Assembly (NCBI GenBank): GCA_902527265.1
Contig: CABZNY010000005.1
Location: 2,511 to 66,510, forward strand
Origin: an uncultured Pelagibacteraceae bacterium
Lineage (GTDB): Bacteria > Pseudomonadota > Alphaproteobacteria > Pelagibacterales > Pelagibacteraceae
Direction of reading: 5' to 3'
DNA: 64,000 nucleotides
The number at the start of each line of letters is the position of its first letter. Position 1 is the first letter of the stretch. Shown in pieces: positions 51,986-61,885 of this stretch. The position numbers were made by a program, and so were the translations under genes. Under the pieces are notes generated by a model. That model did not search any database. It saw only the letters and a program-made list of their open reading frames with translations, and was not told the origin of the DNA.

Positions 51986-53311
51986 ATGAGTAAAAATAAA
52001 CATCCAGAAACAATTGCATTACATGGTGGAGATTACAGAAGTGATCCAGCTACAACAGCAGTAGCAGTACCACTATATAGAACAACATCTTATCAATTTA
52101 ATGATACAGATCATGCTGCAAATTTATTTGCACTAAAAGAATTTGGAAACATATACACAAGAATTATGAATCCAACAAATGACGTACTTGAAAAAAGAGT
52201 TGCGGCTCTTGAGGGTGGGCTTGCAGCTGTAACTGTTGGTTCAGGACAAGCAGCATCAACATTTGCTATAATGAATGTTTGTCAATCAGGCGATAACTTT
52301 ATTAGTTCAACTGATTTATATGGTGGAACAGTAAACTTATTTACACATACATTAAAAAAATTAGGTATTGAATGCAGATATGCAGATCCATCAGATCCAA
52401 GTAATTTTGAAAAATTAATTGATGATAGAACAAGATGTTTTTATGCAGAAACTTTGCCTAATCCATATTTAAGAGTATTTCCAATAAAAGAGGTATCTGA
52501 CATAGGTAGAAAGCACAGTATTCCATTAATTATGGATAATACTGCAGCACCAGTAATTTGTAAGCCTTTAGAACATGGAGCTGCTGTAGTAGTTCATTCA
52601 CTTACTAAATTTATTGGTGGTCATGGTACGGTAATAGGAGGATGTCTTGTTGATGGAGGTAATTTTGACTGGACAAAGGATCCAAAAAGACAGCCTTTAT
52701 TTAACGAGCCAGATGCTAGTTATGGTGGCGCGCAATGGGGTGTTGTTGTTCCACAATTGACAGGAGCAAATGTCTCATACGCAGTAAGAGCACGTGTTGT
52801 ACTATTAAGAGATCTAGGAGCACCATTAGCACCTGATAATGCATGGGGAATAATTCAAGGTTTAGAAACTGTTCCCTTAAGAATGAAACAACATTGTTCT
52901 AATGCCGAGAAAGCTGTTGCATTTTTACAAAAACATAAAAATGTAGACAGAGTTATCTACCCTACTTTGCACAAAGGAGAAATTGGTGAAAGATCCAAAA
53001 AATATATGAAGGGTGGAAATGGAGCACTTATTGGTATCGAAGTTAAAGGTGGTGTTGAAGCAGGTAAAAAATTCATAGAGTCATTAAAGATGTTTTACCA
53101 TGTTGCAAATATTGGAGATGCTAGAAGTTTAGCTATTCATCCTGCAACTACTACTCACAGCCAATTAACTGAAGAGGAACTTTTAGCTGCCGGTGTAACA
53201 CCTGGATATGTAAGATTGTCTATAGGTATTGAACATTCAGACGATATTATAGCTGATCTAGATCAAGCTTTAGGAGCTTCCGGAAAACCTAGCTTGAAAG
53301 CTGTAAGTTAG
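51986..53311 (+). CDS. metY: O-acetylhomoserine aminocarboxypropyltransferase/sulfhydrylase (paralogue 2)
   Basis: GNIYTRIMNPT, HSLTKFIGGHG, ANIGDARSL, HPATTTH. Confidence 0.9.
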   Translation: MSKNKHPETIALHGGDYRSDPATTAVAVPLYRTTSYQFNDTDHAANLFALKEFGNIYTRIMNPTNDVLEKRVAALEGGLAAVTVGSGQAASTFAIMNVCQSGDNFISSTDLYGGTVNLFTHTLKKLGIECRYADPSDPSNFEKLIDDRTRCFYAETLPNPYLRVFPIKEVSDIGRKHSIPLIMDNTAAPVICKPLEHGAAVVVHSLTKFIGGHGTVIGGCLVDGGNFDWTKDPKRQPLFNEPDASYGGAQWGVVVPQLTGANVSYAVRARVVLLRDLGAPLAPDNAWGIIQGLETVPLRMKQHCSNAEKAVAFLQKHKNVDRVIYPTLHKGEIGERSKKYMKGGNGALIGIEVKGGVEAGKKFIESLKMFYHVANIGDARSLAIHPATTTHSQLTEEELLAAGVTPGYVRLSIGIEHSDDIIADLDQALGASGKPSLKAVS

Positions 53312-54320
53312 ATTTTGTGTTTATAAATAAAAAATAGATACAAGATGCAACTAAAAAAATAGAACTTATTTGGTGCATAGATGCAATTAATATCTGTGCA
53401 CCATATAATAAAGTAAATATTCCTAAAACAATCTGTAAAATAATAAAAAATCCCAAAATGTTGACTGATTTATACAAATCAGTTTTTTTATTCCTGTAAA
53501 TATAAAATAATAGATATAGATAAAATAATCCTATTAAATAAGCTAATTTTCTATGAATAAATTGTACCAAGGAAGGATCGCTGAAAGCAGATAATTTAAA
53601 TAAATTAATAATACTATTATCATCAGGAAAAATTGAGTTACCCATAAACGGCCAGGAATTATAAATTTTACCTGCATCCATTCCTGAGACGAACGCACCA
53701 ATAGAAATTTGTAAAAAAACTAATAAAAGAAAACTAAATGGGAATATTATATTTATAGTGTTCATAACGTTTTTTTTAAATTTTATTTTTAAGTAATTCC
53801 AAAAAATTAATGATAAAATAATAAAAGCTATTAATAAATGTATAGATAGTCTAAAATGACTAACATCTACTCTATCGATTAGACCACTACTAACCATATA
53901 CCATCCTATAAACCCTTGAAAACATATTAAAATAAAGATGAAATAAAGACTTATTAATTTTTTAAATTTAATTTTAAAAGTAAAATATATTAGTGGTATT
54001 AGAAAAGCTATACCAATTAACCTTCCCATAAATCTATGAGCCCATTCCCACCAAAAGATGACTTTAAACTCTTGCATAGTCATATCATAGTTTTGTAATT
54101 TAAATTCTGGGATCTCCTTGTATAAATCAAAATACATGATCCATTCTGAATTATTAAGCGGTGGTAAGAAACCAGAGAATAATTGCCATTGTGTGATTGA
54201 TAAACCAGAATCGGTTAATCTCGTTAAACCACCAACAACAATCATTGCGGATATTATCCAAAACATACTTATAAGCCATATTGAAATTTGATTATTTACT
54301 TTTAGATTTTCACTATACAT
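53289..54320 (-). CDS. ctaA: Heme A synthase (COX15/CtaA)
   Basis: GGLTRLTDSGLSI, WEWAHR, GWYMV.SGL, HQ. Confidence 0.94.
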   Translation of the reverse strand: MYSENLKVNNQISIWLISMFWIISAMIVVGGLTRLTDSGLSITQWQLFSGFLPPLNNSEWIMYFDLYKEIPEFKLQNYDMTMQEFKVIFWWEWAHRFMGRLIGIAFLIPLIYFTFKIKFKKLISLYFIFILICFQGFIGWYMVSSGLIDRVDVSHFRLSIHLLIAFIILSLIFWNYLKIKFKKNVMNTINIIFPFSFLLLVFLQISIGAFVSGMDAGKIYNSWPFMGNSIFPDDNSIINLFKLSAFSDPSLVQFIHRKLAYLIGLFYLYLLFYIYRNKKTDLYKSVNILGFFIILQIVLGIFTLLYGAQILIASMHQISSIFLVASCIYFLFINTKSNLQLSS

Positions 54321-54363
54321 AGAGTGATAAATATAATAATTTTTTAATTATCCAAATATATAA

Positions 54364-54657
54364 ATGTCGCCATTAAAAAAAGAAAAACTCAGCAAAATAA
54401 GAAAAGAATTGGATAAATTAGATGATTATTTAATAAGGATAATTAGGAAAAGAACTAACCTTGTGAAAAAAGTCTTAGCACTTAAAGAAAGAAAAAATCA
54501 AATAGTTGATCAAAAAAGAATTAATTTAATTTTAAAAAACATAAAAAAAAAATCGATTAAAAATAATATTGATCCAAAAATTACTAACAAAATTTGGAAA
54601 AATATGATTTACGCATATATAGATTTTGAACGTAGGAATTTTAAAAAAAAGAAATAA
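54364..54657 (+). CDS. Chorismate mutase (AroQ type)
   Basis: L..IR.ELD.LD....I.KR....K...LK, IVDQKR. Confidence 0.85.
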   Translation: MSPLKKEKLSKIRKELDKLDDYLIRIIRKRTNLVKKVLALKERKNQIVDQKRINLILKNIKKKSIKNNIDPKITNKIWKNMIYAYIDFERRNFKKKK

Positions 54658-54658
54658 A

Positions 54659-54850
54659 TTATTTGCTATGAGGTGGAAGTTTTTTTTCTATAAAAATTTC
54701 ATGTTTTCTTGTGGATGGATTATATTTTTTGGCCTTTAACTTAACTTTAGCTTTTTCACCACCTGCAGGTTTTTTAACATAATAGAAGAAAGGACTATCA
54801 GGTTTAGCTTCTGGAACCAGTCTTACTTTTACATGTGTTTTTTTAGCCAT
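54659..54850 (-). CDS. rpmG: 50S ribosomal protein L33
   Basis: VRLV...FYY..K...KL..KKYNP..RKH..F.E.K. Confidence 0.93.
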   Translation of the reverse strand: MAKKTHVKVRLVPEAKPDSPFFYYVKKPAGGEKAKVKLKAKKYNPSTRKHEIFIEKKLPPHSK

Positions 54851-55223
54851 TGTCTTTTTTTATCGCAGTTAAAATATTTTTAATATTATGTATTTTTGAT
54901 TTAATAAATTCTTTTTGTTTTATATTAGTATTATAAAATTCGTCAATATCTGAATCATCAGAATTTAATGCTTTTTTGACTCCATTTAATGTCATGCCTT
55001 TATCTTTTAGCAAGAATTTTATTTTTTTTAGAATATTTATTGTTTTATCATCATAATATCTTCTATTACCATTAAAGATTATTGGCTTTATCTGCTTAAA
55101 TTCTTTCTCCCAAAATCTAATCGTATGAGTTGATAAAGATCCATTTCTTTTATTTATTAAATTAAGTATTTTAGCTACTTCACCAATAGTTTTGTATTTA
55201 CTATTAGCTTTTAAGTTAGTCAT
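54843..55223 (-). CDS. MerR family transcriptional regulator
   Basis: TIGEVA, HTIRFWEKEF, RRYY; follows ihfA as in other alphaproteobacteria. Confidence 0.9.
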   Translation of the reverse strand: MTNLKANSKYKTIGEVAKILNLINKRNGSLSTHTIRFWEKEFKQIKPIIFNGNRRYYDDKTINILKKIKFLLKDKGMTLNGVKKALNSDDSDIDEFYNTNIKQKEFIKSKIHNIKNILTAIKKDNG

Positions 55224-55512
55224 TTCTATTAATTAATTTTTTGAATTCTTTTGATGCTTTAAATAAAATTACATTTCTTTCTGAAATTACTTTTTCTTGT
55301 TTTGTTTTTGGATTTCTTCCAACTCTCTGTTTCTTAGTTCTTAACTCAAAAGTTCCAAATTTTGCAATCTTTACTTTTCTATGTTTAATAATATTCTTTA
55401 AAATAATTTCAAAAATATCAGAGAATAAAGTTTCACTTATAACTTTCGAAAATCCAATTTGCATATAGATTGAGTTTATTATATCTTTTTTTGTTAAATT
55501 TGTTCTTTTCAT
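55216..55512 (-). CDS. ihfA: Integration host factor alpha
   Basis: FGTF, GRNPKT, FKAS; between plsX and merR. Confidence 0.85.
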   Translation of the reverse strand: MKRTNLTKKDIINSIYMQIGFSKVISETLFSDIFEIILKNIIKHRKVKIAKFGTFELRTKKQRVGRNPKTKQEKVISERNVILFKASKEFKKLINRND

Positions 55513-56520
55513 TTAATTAATATTAAGTTTGATTTGCTCTATTAAATTTCCTCTTATAGTTTGTTCACAGACTTTTAAAGAATTAGCAAATCCAATAGCA
55601 TCAGTTGAGCCATGGCTTTTAATAACTGGCTTATTTAAACCTAGCAGAATAGCTCCATTATAAAGTCTTGGATCAAGTTTATTTTTAAATTCCTTTAAAT
55701 TTTTATAATTGATTGTAGATGAAATTTTACCAATTATATTTGATGTTAAAGCATTTTTTAATTCGCTTATTATAAAATTAGAGGTACCTTCGGCAGTTTT
55801 AAGAGCTATATTACCTGTAAAACCGTCTGCAACAATTACATTTACTTCACCGTCCATAATATTATTACCTTCTATGTATCCAACAAAATCAAATAAAATA
55901 TTTTTATTGTCTGTTAATAATTGATATGTATCTTTTATCACTGCATTTCCTTTTAATTCTTCAGAGCCTATATTTAATAAGGCAACTTTTGGTTTCTCTG
56001 TAGAAAATAAAACTTTATGTAATGCTCCTCCCATAATTGAAAAATCAACTAAATTTTTTGAGCTGCATTCTATATTTGCACCTAAATCTAAAACTACGCT
56101 CATTCCTTTTTTGCTTGGCCATAAAGCAGATAAGGCTGGTTTGTCGATATTTTCTATCATTTTTAAATTTAATTTTGATATTAGGAAAAGCGCACCTGTA
56201 TTACCTGCAGATACAATAGCATGAGCCTCGTTTTTTTTTAATGAGTCAATAGCAAGCCACATACTTGTGTCTTTACCTTTTTTAGCTGCACTAAGGGCTG
56301 TGTCCTTACCTTCAACAATTTTATCTGTATGAATAACAACATATCTATCAGTAGAAATATTATTTTTTTTAATAATTGGATCTATTAAATTTTTGTTACC
56401 AAATATTTTGTAAACTATATTTCGAGATTTCTTCGAATGAATATTTATACCTTCAATTACTTTATTGGGAGAATTGTCACCACCCATTGCGTCAACAGCA
56501 ATAATTAGTGGGTTGTTCAT
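55513..56520 (-). CDS. plsX: Phosphate acyltransferase
   Basis: AVDAMGGD, SAGNTGA, DGFTGNIALKTAEG, KSHG. Confidence 0.96.
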   Translation of the reverse strand: MNNPLIIAVDAMGGDNSPNKVIEGINIHSKKSRNIVYKIFGNKNLIDPIIKKNNISTDRYVVIHTDKIVEGKDTALSAAKKGKDTSMWLAIDSLKKNEAHAIVSAGNTGALFLISKLNLKMIENIDKPALSALWPSKKGMSVVLDLGANIECSSKNLVDFSIMGGALHKVLFSTEKPKVALLNIGSEELKGNAVIKDTYQLLTDNKNILFDFVGYIEGNNIMDGEVNVIVADGFTGNIALKTAEGTSNFIISELKNALTSNIIGKISSTINYKNLKEFKNKLDPRLYNGAILLGLNKPVIKSHGSTDAIGFANSLKVCEQTIRGNLIEQIKLNIN

Positions 56521-56525
56521 AATAC

Positions 56526-56705
56526 CTAATCTTTTTTGTCTAAAACTTGTCTACCTTTGTATAAACCTGTTTTCAAATCTAAATGATGAGATAATCTGTA
56601 TTCACCAGATTTTTTATCCTCTATTATATTTTTTGAGGAAAATTTTATATGAGATCGTCTTTTTCCCGCTCTAGATCTCGATGTTTTTCGTTTTGGTACA
56701 GCCAT
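56526..56705 (-). CDS. rpmF: 50S ribosomal protein L32 (59 aa, Cys-free form; missing from ORF track)
   Basis: Manual translation [19 protein letters not shown]...[22 protein letters not shown]. Confidence 0.96.
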   Translation of the reverse strand: MAVPKRKTSRSRAGKRRSHIKFSSKNIIEDKKSGEYRLSHHLDLKTGLYKGRQVLDKKD

Positions 56706-56707
56706 AA

Positions 56708-57181
56708 TTAAAATTTAAATTCTAATATATCTTTTGTAAAGATTTTTAAAGAGTTTTTTACTAGAAATTCTCGAAATTTATCAAAATACTTAACAATTAA
56801 ATCATTATGTATATCTATATTAATATAATCAGCAATTAAAGATATCTTTTTGGCATTTTGCAGTGTATCCCAAGTGTCTACAATTTCTATAATCGAAAAA
56901 AGTAGATTTACATAATCTTTCATTTTTTTGTTTACAGAAACATCTCCATAACCAATCTCTCTTATTGATAGTTCTATTTGTCTGATTACAAAATCAAAAA
57001 TATCTTGTGCCTCCTTTTTAGAAACTTCTTCTTTATAAACTTTTAAAAAGAAGGCAAAATGAAACAAAAGTATTATAAGTCTATCTGAAAATGTATCGTT
57101 ATTTTTTAAAGTCCTATAAAGACTTTTATTTCTAGTTAATCTCACCAAATTATTGTAAATATTTATATAATTATTACTCAT
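56708..57181 (-). CDS. Ubiquinol-cytochrome c chaperone (Cbp3-like)
   Basis: DTF..R...[17 protein letters not shown]. Confidence 0.85.
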   Translation of the reverse strand: MSNNYINIYNNLVRLTRNKSLYRTLKNNDTFSDRLIILLFHFAFFLKVYKEEVSKKEAQDIFDFVIRQIELSIREIGYGDVSVNKKMKDYVNLLFSIIEIVDTWDTLQNAKKISLIADYINIDIHNDLIVKYFDKFREFLVKNSLKIFTKDILEFKF

Positions 57182-57634
57182 ATGAGAAATTTATTTCTTC
57201 TTATTATATTTTTTTTTACACTTAATTGCTCAATAAATAAAGTTTCAAATCTTCATGGATTTAGATTTATAGATACTAAACTTGACAAAATTGAACTTAA
57301 TAAAAGCAACAAAAATGATGTAAGAAAAATAATAGGTCCACCATCATCAAAGAGTACTTTTAATGATTCTTGGCTTTACTTAGAGAGAAAAAAAACTAAT
57401 CAATCACTATTTAAGTTGGGTAAAAAAAATATTTCTAGAAATAATATATTAATTATTGAATTTAATAATATGGGTTTAGTTAAAGACAAGACACTACTAG
57501 ATCTAAACGACATGAATGATATTAAGATTGCGGAGAAAAAAACCGAGAAAAAATTTGCACAAGACAATTTTGTTTACAATCTGTTGTCAACATTAAGAAA
57601 CAAAATTAATGCACCAACTAGAACAAAAAAATAA
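57182..57634 (+). CDS. bamE: Outer membrane protein assembly factor BamE lipoprotein
   Basis: Lipobox TLNC, K.DV...IGPPS, W.Y. Confidence 0.82.
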   Translation: MRNLFLLIIFFFTLNCSINKVSNLHGFRFIDTKLDKIELNKSNKNDVRKIIGPPSSKSTFNDSWLYLERKKTNQSLFKLGKKNISRNNILIIEFNNMGLVKDKTLLDLNDMNDIKIAEKKTEKKFAQDNFVYNLLSTLRNKINAPTRTKK

Positions 57635-57709
57635 TGGCGGTCCCTAGGGGAATCGAACCCCTCTTTCATGGATGAAAACCATGTGTCCTAACCGATAGAC
57701 GAAGGGACC
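57635..57709 (-). tRNA. tRNA-Glu (TTC)
   Basis: GGTCCCT/AGGGACC acceptor, CATGG-TTTTCAT-CCATG anticodon arm, GTTCGATTC, CCA. Confidence 0.96.
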
Positions 57710-57744
57710 AATGATGGATCTTTTATTGTAATTTTTTGGATTAA

Positions 57745-58689
57745 TCAAGTAAGTGAAATAATTTTTTTTACAACATTTAAATCAGATTTATTATAAGTAA
57801 AAATTGTCTCAGTTATATAATTATTTTCTTCCTTAATCACTCCATTCATTAATTCTCCAGAAGTAATACCTGTTGCACAAAAAAAACTTTCTCCTCTCAC
57901 TATTTCATTAATCTCATATTTTTTATTTAAATCTTTTATTCCCATATCTTTTGCTCTTTTTATGTCAGTCTCTGTTTTAAATAAAAATCTTCCTTGAAAA
58001 TTACAATTCAATGAGTCTAGTGCTGCAGCTACTATTACTCCTTCTGGACCTCCACCAATACCCATGAAAATATCAACATTATATTTTTTATTTGATACTA
58101 GTAAAGCGCCAGATACATCCCCATCAGTAATGAGTTTAATATTAACATTTAACCTTTTTAATTCGCTTATAATTTTACTATGTCTTGGTCTATTAAGTAT
58201 ACATACTGTGATTTCTGATTTTTTTTTATTTGTTATATCTGAATAAATATTAATGTTTTTTTCAACAGTAAAATCAATATCAATGCAACCTTTAGGTATA
58301 TGACTACCCGTGGCAATTTTTTCCATATAAGTTTCAGGTGCATTTAATAATTTTCCTTTTTCTGCTACAGCTAAAACTGACATTGAGCCAGGTAGATTTT
58401 TTGCAACAAAATTAGTACCCTCTACTGGATCAACTGCTATATCTATTTCTGGTCCATTTCCTCTTCCTAGTTTTTCACCGATATAAAGCATAGGCGCTTC
58501 ATCTAACTCACCCTCACCTATCACAACCTTGCCTTTAATATTTAAATTATTAAGTTGCTCTCTCATTACATCAGTTGCAGCTTTGTCCGCTAATATCTTT
58601 TCATTCTTTCCAATATACGGAAAACAAGCAATTGCAGAATTTGAGGTTATTTCTATAAGATTATTTAATAATTCCTTAGTTAACTTCAT
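57745..58689 (-). CDS. glpX: Class II fructose-1,6-bisphosphatase
   Basis: VVIGEGELDEAPML, DPVEGT, DGDV, GIGGGPEG. Confidence 0.96.
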   Translation of the reverse strand: MKLTKELLNNLIEITSNSAIACFPYIGKNEKILADKAATDVMREQLNNLNIKGKVVIGEGELDEAPMLYIGEKLGRGNGPEIDIAVDPVEGTNFVAKNLPGSMSVLAVAEKGKLLNAPETYMEKIATGSHIPKGCIDIDFTVEKNINIYSDITNKKKSEITVCILNRPRHSKIISELKRLNVNIKLITDGDVSGALLVSNKKYNVDIFMGIGGGPEGVIVAAALDSLNCNFQGRFLFKTETDIKRAKDMGIKDLNKKYEINEIVRGESFFCATGITSGELMNGVIKEENNYITETIFTYNKSDLNVVKKIISLT

Positions 58690-58692
58690 TAA

Positions 58693-59694
58693 TTATGTTT
58701 TATATTCACTCTCTTTTCTTTTATCTTCAATTTGTAACTTATATTCAAACTCTCTCAGTCTTTTGTAAACACTTGCTAGTTCAATAATTGTTGGCCATGC
58801 TTTTAAGATATACTGCATAGATCCTTCTACACGACCAAATGCTCTTATGATCTGTTGCATAACTCCAAGAGTAACAGCACCAGCAACTATAGCAGGTGCA
58901 AGAAAGACATATGCAGATAATACATTAGCTTGCAAGTATGCTATTCTTCCAATATTAAAATATAAATATCTGATATAACTTAAAAAATGAATACTTCTAA
59001 CGTCATCAAACAATTCCTCTATTGTTTTCGGTCTTACAGTGCCATCATCCTCAGCTATAACTAAAATTTTCCTATAAGCAGCCTCTTTTTTTTGAAGATC
59101 ATATTCAACACCAACTAATCTTAATATTAATCCTAAAATAACTAAAAAGATTGTACCGCCTATAGACCATAAAAGAGCTCCTACAATTAAACCATACTCC
59201 CAATCTCCAAAAAAGAATATAGGTATACCAATACTTAATCCAAATAAAATTGGCATAAATTCAATTAATATCATTATTGCTTCAATTAAACTTGTTCCAA
59301 GTGACTCCATTATTCTTGAAAATTTTATAGTATCTTCTTGAACCCTCTGAGAAGCTCCTTCTATCTTACGAGCTTTTTCATATACACTATGATAATACTC
59401 AACCATAGCTGTTCTCCATCTAAACAAATAATGTGAAGTAAAATAACTTACAACAACAGCTACGCCAACATACATAGCTGCGAGCACAATAAATGAAAAA
59501 AGACTAGCCCAATATTCTTCGATAGTAATAGCATTTGGTGATCCTAATGCCTTTTGAATCATGTCATAAAATTCACCAAACCACTCATTAATTTTAACAT
59601 CAATTTTAACCTGAACCCATAGAGATGATAGAATTATCAAGGATCCTATCCAAGACCATATGTACCATTTTTTTATAGTAAAAAATCTAAACAT
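58693..59694 (-). CDS. sbmA: SbmA/BacA peptide transporter
   Basis: FRWRTAM, IEGASQRVQEDT, EAAYRK.LV..ED, SVYKRL. Confidence 0.92.
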   Translation of the reverse strand: MFRFFTIKKWYIWSWIGSLIILSSLWVQVKIDVKINEWFGEFYDMIQKALGSPNAITIEEYWASLFSFIVLAAMYVGVAVVVSYFTSHYLFRWRTAMVEYYHSVYEKARKIEGASQRVQEDTIKFSRIMESLGTSLIEAIMILIEFMPILFGLSIGIPIFFFGDWEYGLIVGALLWSIGGTIFLVILGLILRLVGVEYDLQKKEAAYRKILVIAEDDGTVRPKTIEELFDDVRSIHFLSYIRYLYFNIGRIAYLQANVLSAYVFLAPAIVAGAVTLGVMQQIIRAFGRVEGSMQYILKAWPTIIELASVYKRLREFEYKLQIEDKRKESEYKT

Positions 59695-59975
59695 TATTTA
59701 ATAAAATTATCTGCGTAAGATTTTTTAGTTATCTTTCTTTTTTGAGGTTCAATTACTTCAAAAAGAATATTATTTTTTTTGGCATACTCTATAGCCAAAT
59801 CTTTTGATTTAAATTCTAGGTTTAATTCTGAATAAGTATCTGATGAACTTTCCCATCCCATAAGTGGATTTATGCCAGGATCTTCAGTTATAAATTCTAT
59901 AATCCATTTATCAAACTTTTTAAGACCAGATTGCATGGCTGTTTTAGAAGGTTTGTAAATTTTTGCTTTTTTCAT
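59694..59975 (-). CDS. ETC complex I subunit (NDUFS4-like)
   Basis: IYKP.KTAMQSG, PLMGW.SS.D, KSYADNF. Confidence 0.9.
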   Translation of the reverse strand: MKKAKIYKPSKTAMQSGLKKFDKWIIEFITEDPGINPLMGWESSSDTYSELNLEFKSKDLAIEYAKKNNILFEVIEPQKRKITKKSYADNFIK

Positions 59976-59981
59976 AACTAA

Positions 59982-60058
<77 letters not shown>

Positions 60059-60153
60059 ATTGCAGTACTAATACAGCAGATAAAAGAAAATTCAAAGGTT
60101 ATATTGGTTACAAATTTCTAATAAATTTGCTATTTAATGCTATAAGAGATCAT

Positions 60154-60702
60154 ATGATCGTAGAATGTCCAAATTGTAATAAAAAATTCACTGTTGATAA
60201 AAAATTAATACCAGAAGACGGTAGAACTCTTAAATGTAGCAGCTGTAATCATATTTGGCATTATAAGATTCCAAGTACTATAAGTATTGATGATATAGGA
60301 ATAGCTCAAGACAAAAATACTAATTTAGATACTAATAATTCTGAAGTAGAAAAAAAAGATGACGAGTATAATAAAGAAATTAATGATGAAAATTTAACTG
60401 ATAAAAATCAAGATTCACTGTCTGAACAGAATACAGATCATATAAAAGATGAGGTAAATGATATAGAAAATGAAGAATATGATATAAAAGATGAAAAAGA
60501 AAATGATGAAAAACAGGGAAAAATAAAGATGGTATTAGTTTATTTTATTGTAGTTATCATTTCGTTATTAGGACTTATATTTTTATTAGATACATTTAAG
60601 TCATATTTAATTAGTGTATTTCCAACTATAACTCCCTTTCTTGATAGCTTTTACGAAACTCTTTTAGATTTCAAACTTTTTATAAAAGATCTTACTAATT
60701 AA
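60154..60702 (+). CDS. MJ0042-type zinc-ribbon membrane protein (ZitP-like architecture)
   Basis: CPNC..F.V....IP..GR.LKC..C.H.W, acidic linker, C-terminal TM; ORF-track start lies inside tRNA-Pro, so moved to 60154. Confidence 0.8.
   Translation: MIVECPNCNKKFTVDKKLIPEDGRTLKCSSCNHIWHYKIPSTISIDDIGIAQDKNTNLDTNNSEVEKKDDEYNKEINDENLTDKNQDSLSEQNTDHIKDEVNDIENEEYDIKDEKENDEKQGKIKMVLVYFIVVIISLLGLIFLLDTFKSYLISVFPTITPFLDSFYETLLDFKLFIKDLTN
60439..60501 (+). repeat. Degenerate 21-nt tandem repeat x3 in acidic linker
   Basis: CATATAAAAGATGAGGTAAAT / GATATAGAAAATGAAGAATAT / GATATAAAAGATGAAAAAGAA. Confidence 0.5.
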
Positions 60703-60704
60703 AC

Positions 60705-61877
60705 ATGATTCAAAAAATTACAAAAGGGTTTACATCATTTTTTAAACTTGAATCTGCAAGTGGAATAGTACTTCTTTTTGCTGCTGTAATAGCATTGGTT
60801 ATTAGTAATTCTGAATTATCTAATTTATATTTTTCAACATTAGAAAGATATTTATTTGTTGGGATAAATAATTTTGGTCTTAAACTTTCTGTTTTACATT
60901 GGATAAATGATGCACTAATGGCAATCTTTTTCTTTTTTGTAACACTTGAAATTAAAAGAGAATTTTTACAGGGAGAGTTATCTAATATAAAACAAGCCTT
61001 ACTTCCTATAATAGCGGCAGTTGGTGGAATGGTAGTTCCTGCATTAATTTATGTGTTTATTAACTTAGGAGATGGAGAAACTTTAAAAGGTTGGGCAATA
61101 CCATCAGCAACAGATATAGCCTTTTCTCTAGGTGTATTATCATTATTGGGTAAGAGAGTGCCTCTCTCATTAAAAGTTTTTCTAACAGCTTTAGCAATTA
61201 TAGATGATTTAGGAGCGATAGTCATAATAGCTCTTTTTTACTCAGGAGATTTGAGTATTAAATATTTATCTTTAATGCTGTTAGCATTTATTGCTCTATT
61301 AGTAATAAATAAATTTGACGTAAAAAAATTTCTCCCATATTTAATAATTGGAATTTTCTTATGGGATTTTACTCATAACTCAGGAATTCATGCAACTATT
61401 GCTGGTGTATTACTTGCAATGACAATTCCTCATAGAAAAAAAGATAAAGATTTCTCACTTTTAATTAAGGTAGAGCACGCAATAAGTCCTTATGTTGCAT
61501 TTGGTATAATGCCTATATTTGCTTTTGCAAATGCGGGTGTATCTTTGGAAGGTTTATCTTTTTCATCATTATTAGATAAAGTCCCATTAGGAATAGTTTT
61601 AGGTTTATTTGTCGGAAAACAATTAGGAGTTTTTGTTTTTTCATACATATCAATTAAATTAAAAATTGCCCAAATGCCAAGCAATACAAGCTGGTATAAT
61701 TTTTATGGTGTCGGTGTTTTAACAGGAATTGGTTTCACAATGAGTTTATTTGTTGGAAATTTAGCCTTTGCTGAAAGTATGCAATACATGGATGGCGTAA
61801 AAATTGGAGTTCTAACTGGGTCATTATTGTCCACTTTATTTGGATACTTTTTAATATTACTTACACCAAATAAATAA
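60705..61877 (+). CDS. nhaA: Na+/H+ antiporter
   Basis: WINDALMAIFFF, GWAIP.ATDIAF, LAIIDD, GIGFTMSLF. Confidence 0.96.
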   Translation: MIQKITKGFTSFFKLESASGIVLLFAAVIALVISNSELSNLYFSTLERYLFVGINNFGLKLSVLHWINDALMAIFFFFVTLEIKREFLQGELSNIKQALLPIIAAVGGMVVPALIYVFINLGDGETLKGWAIPSATDIAFSLGVLSLLGKRVPLSLKVFLTALAIIDDLGAIVIIALFYSGDLSIKYLSLMLLAFIALLVINKFDVKKFLPYLIIGIFLWDFTHNSGIHATIAGVLLAMTIPHRKKDKDFSLLIKVEHAISPYVAFGIMPIFAFANAGVSLEGLSFSSLLDKVPLGIVLGLFVGKQLGVFVFSYISIKLKIAQMPSNTSWYNFYGVGVLTGIGFTMSLFVGNLAFAESMQYMDGVKIGVLTGSLLSTLFGYFLILLTPNK

Positions 61878-61885
61878 TTAAAATA

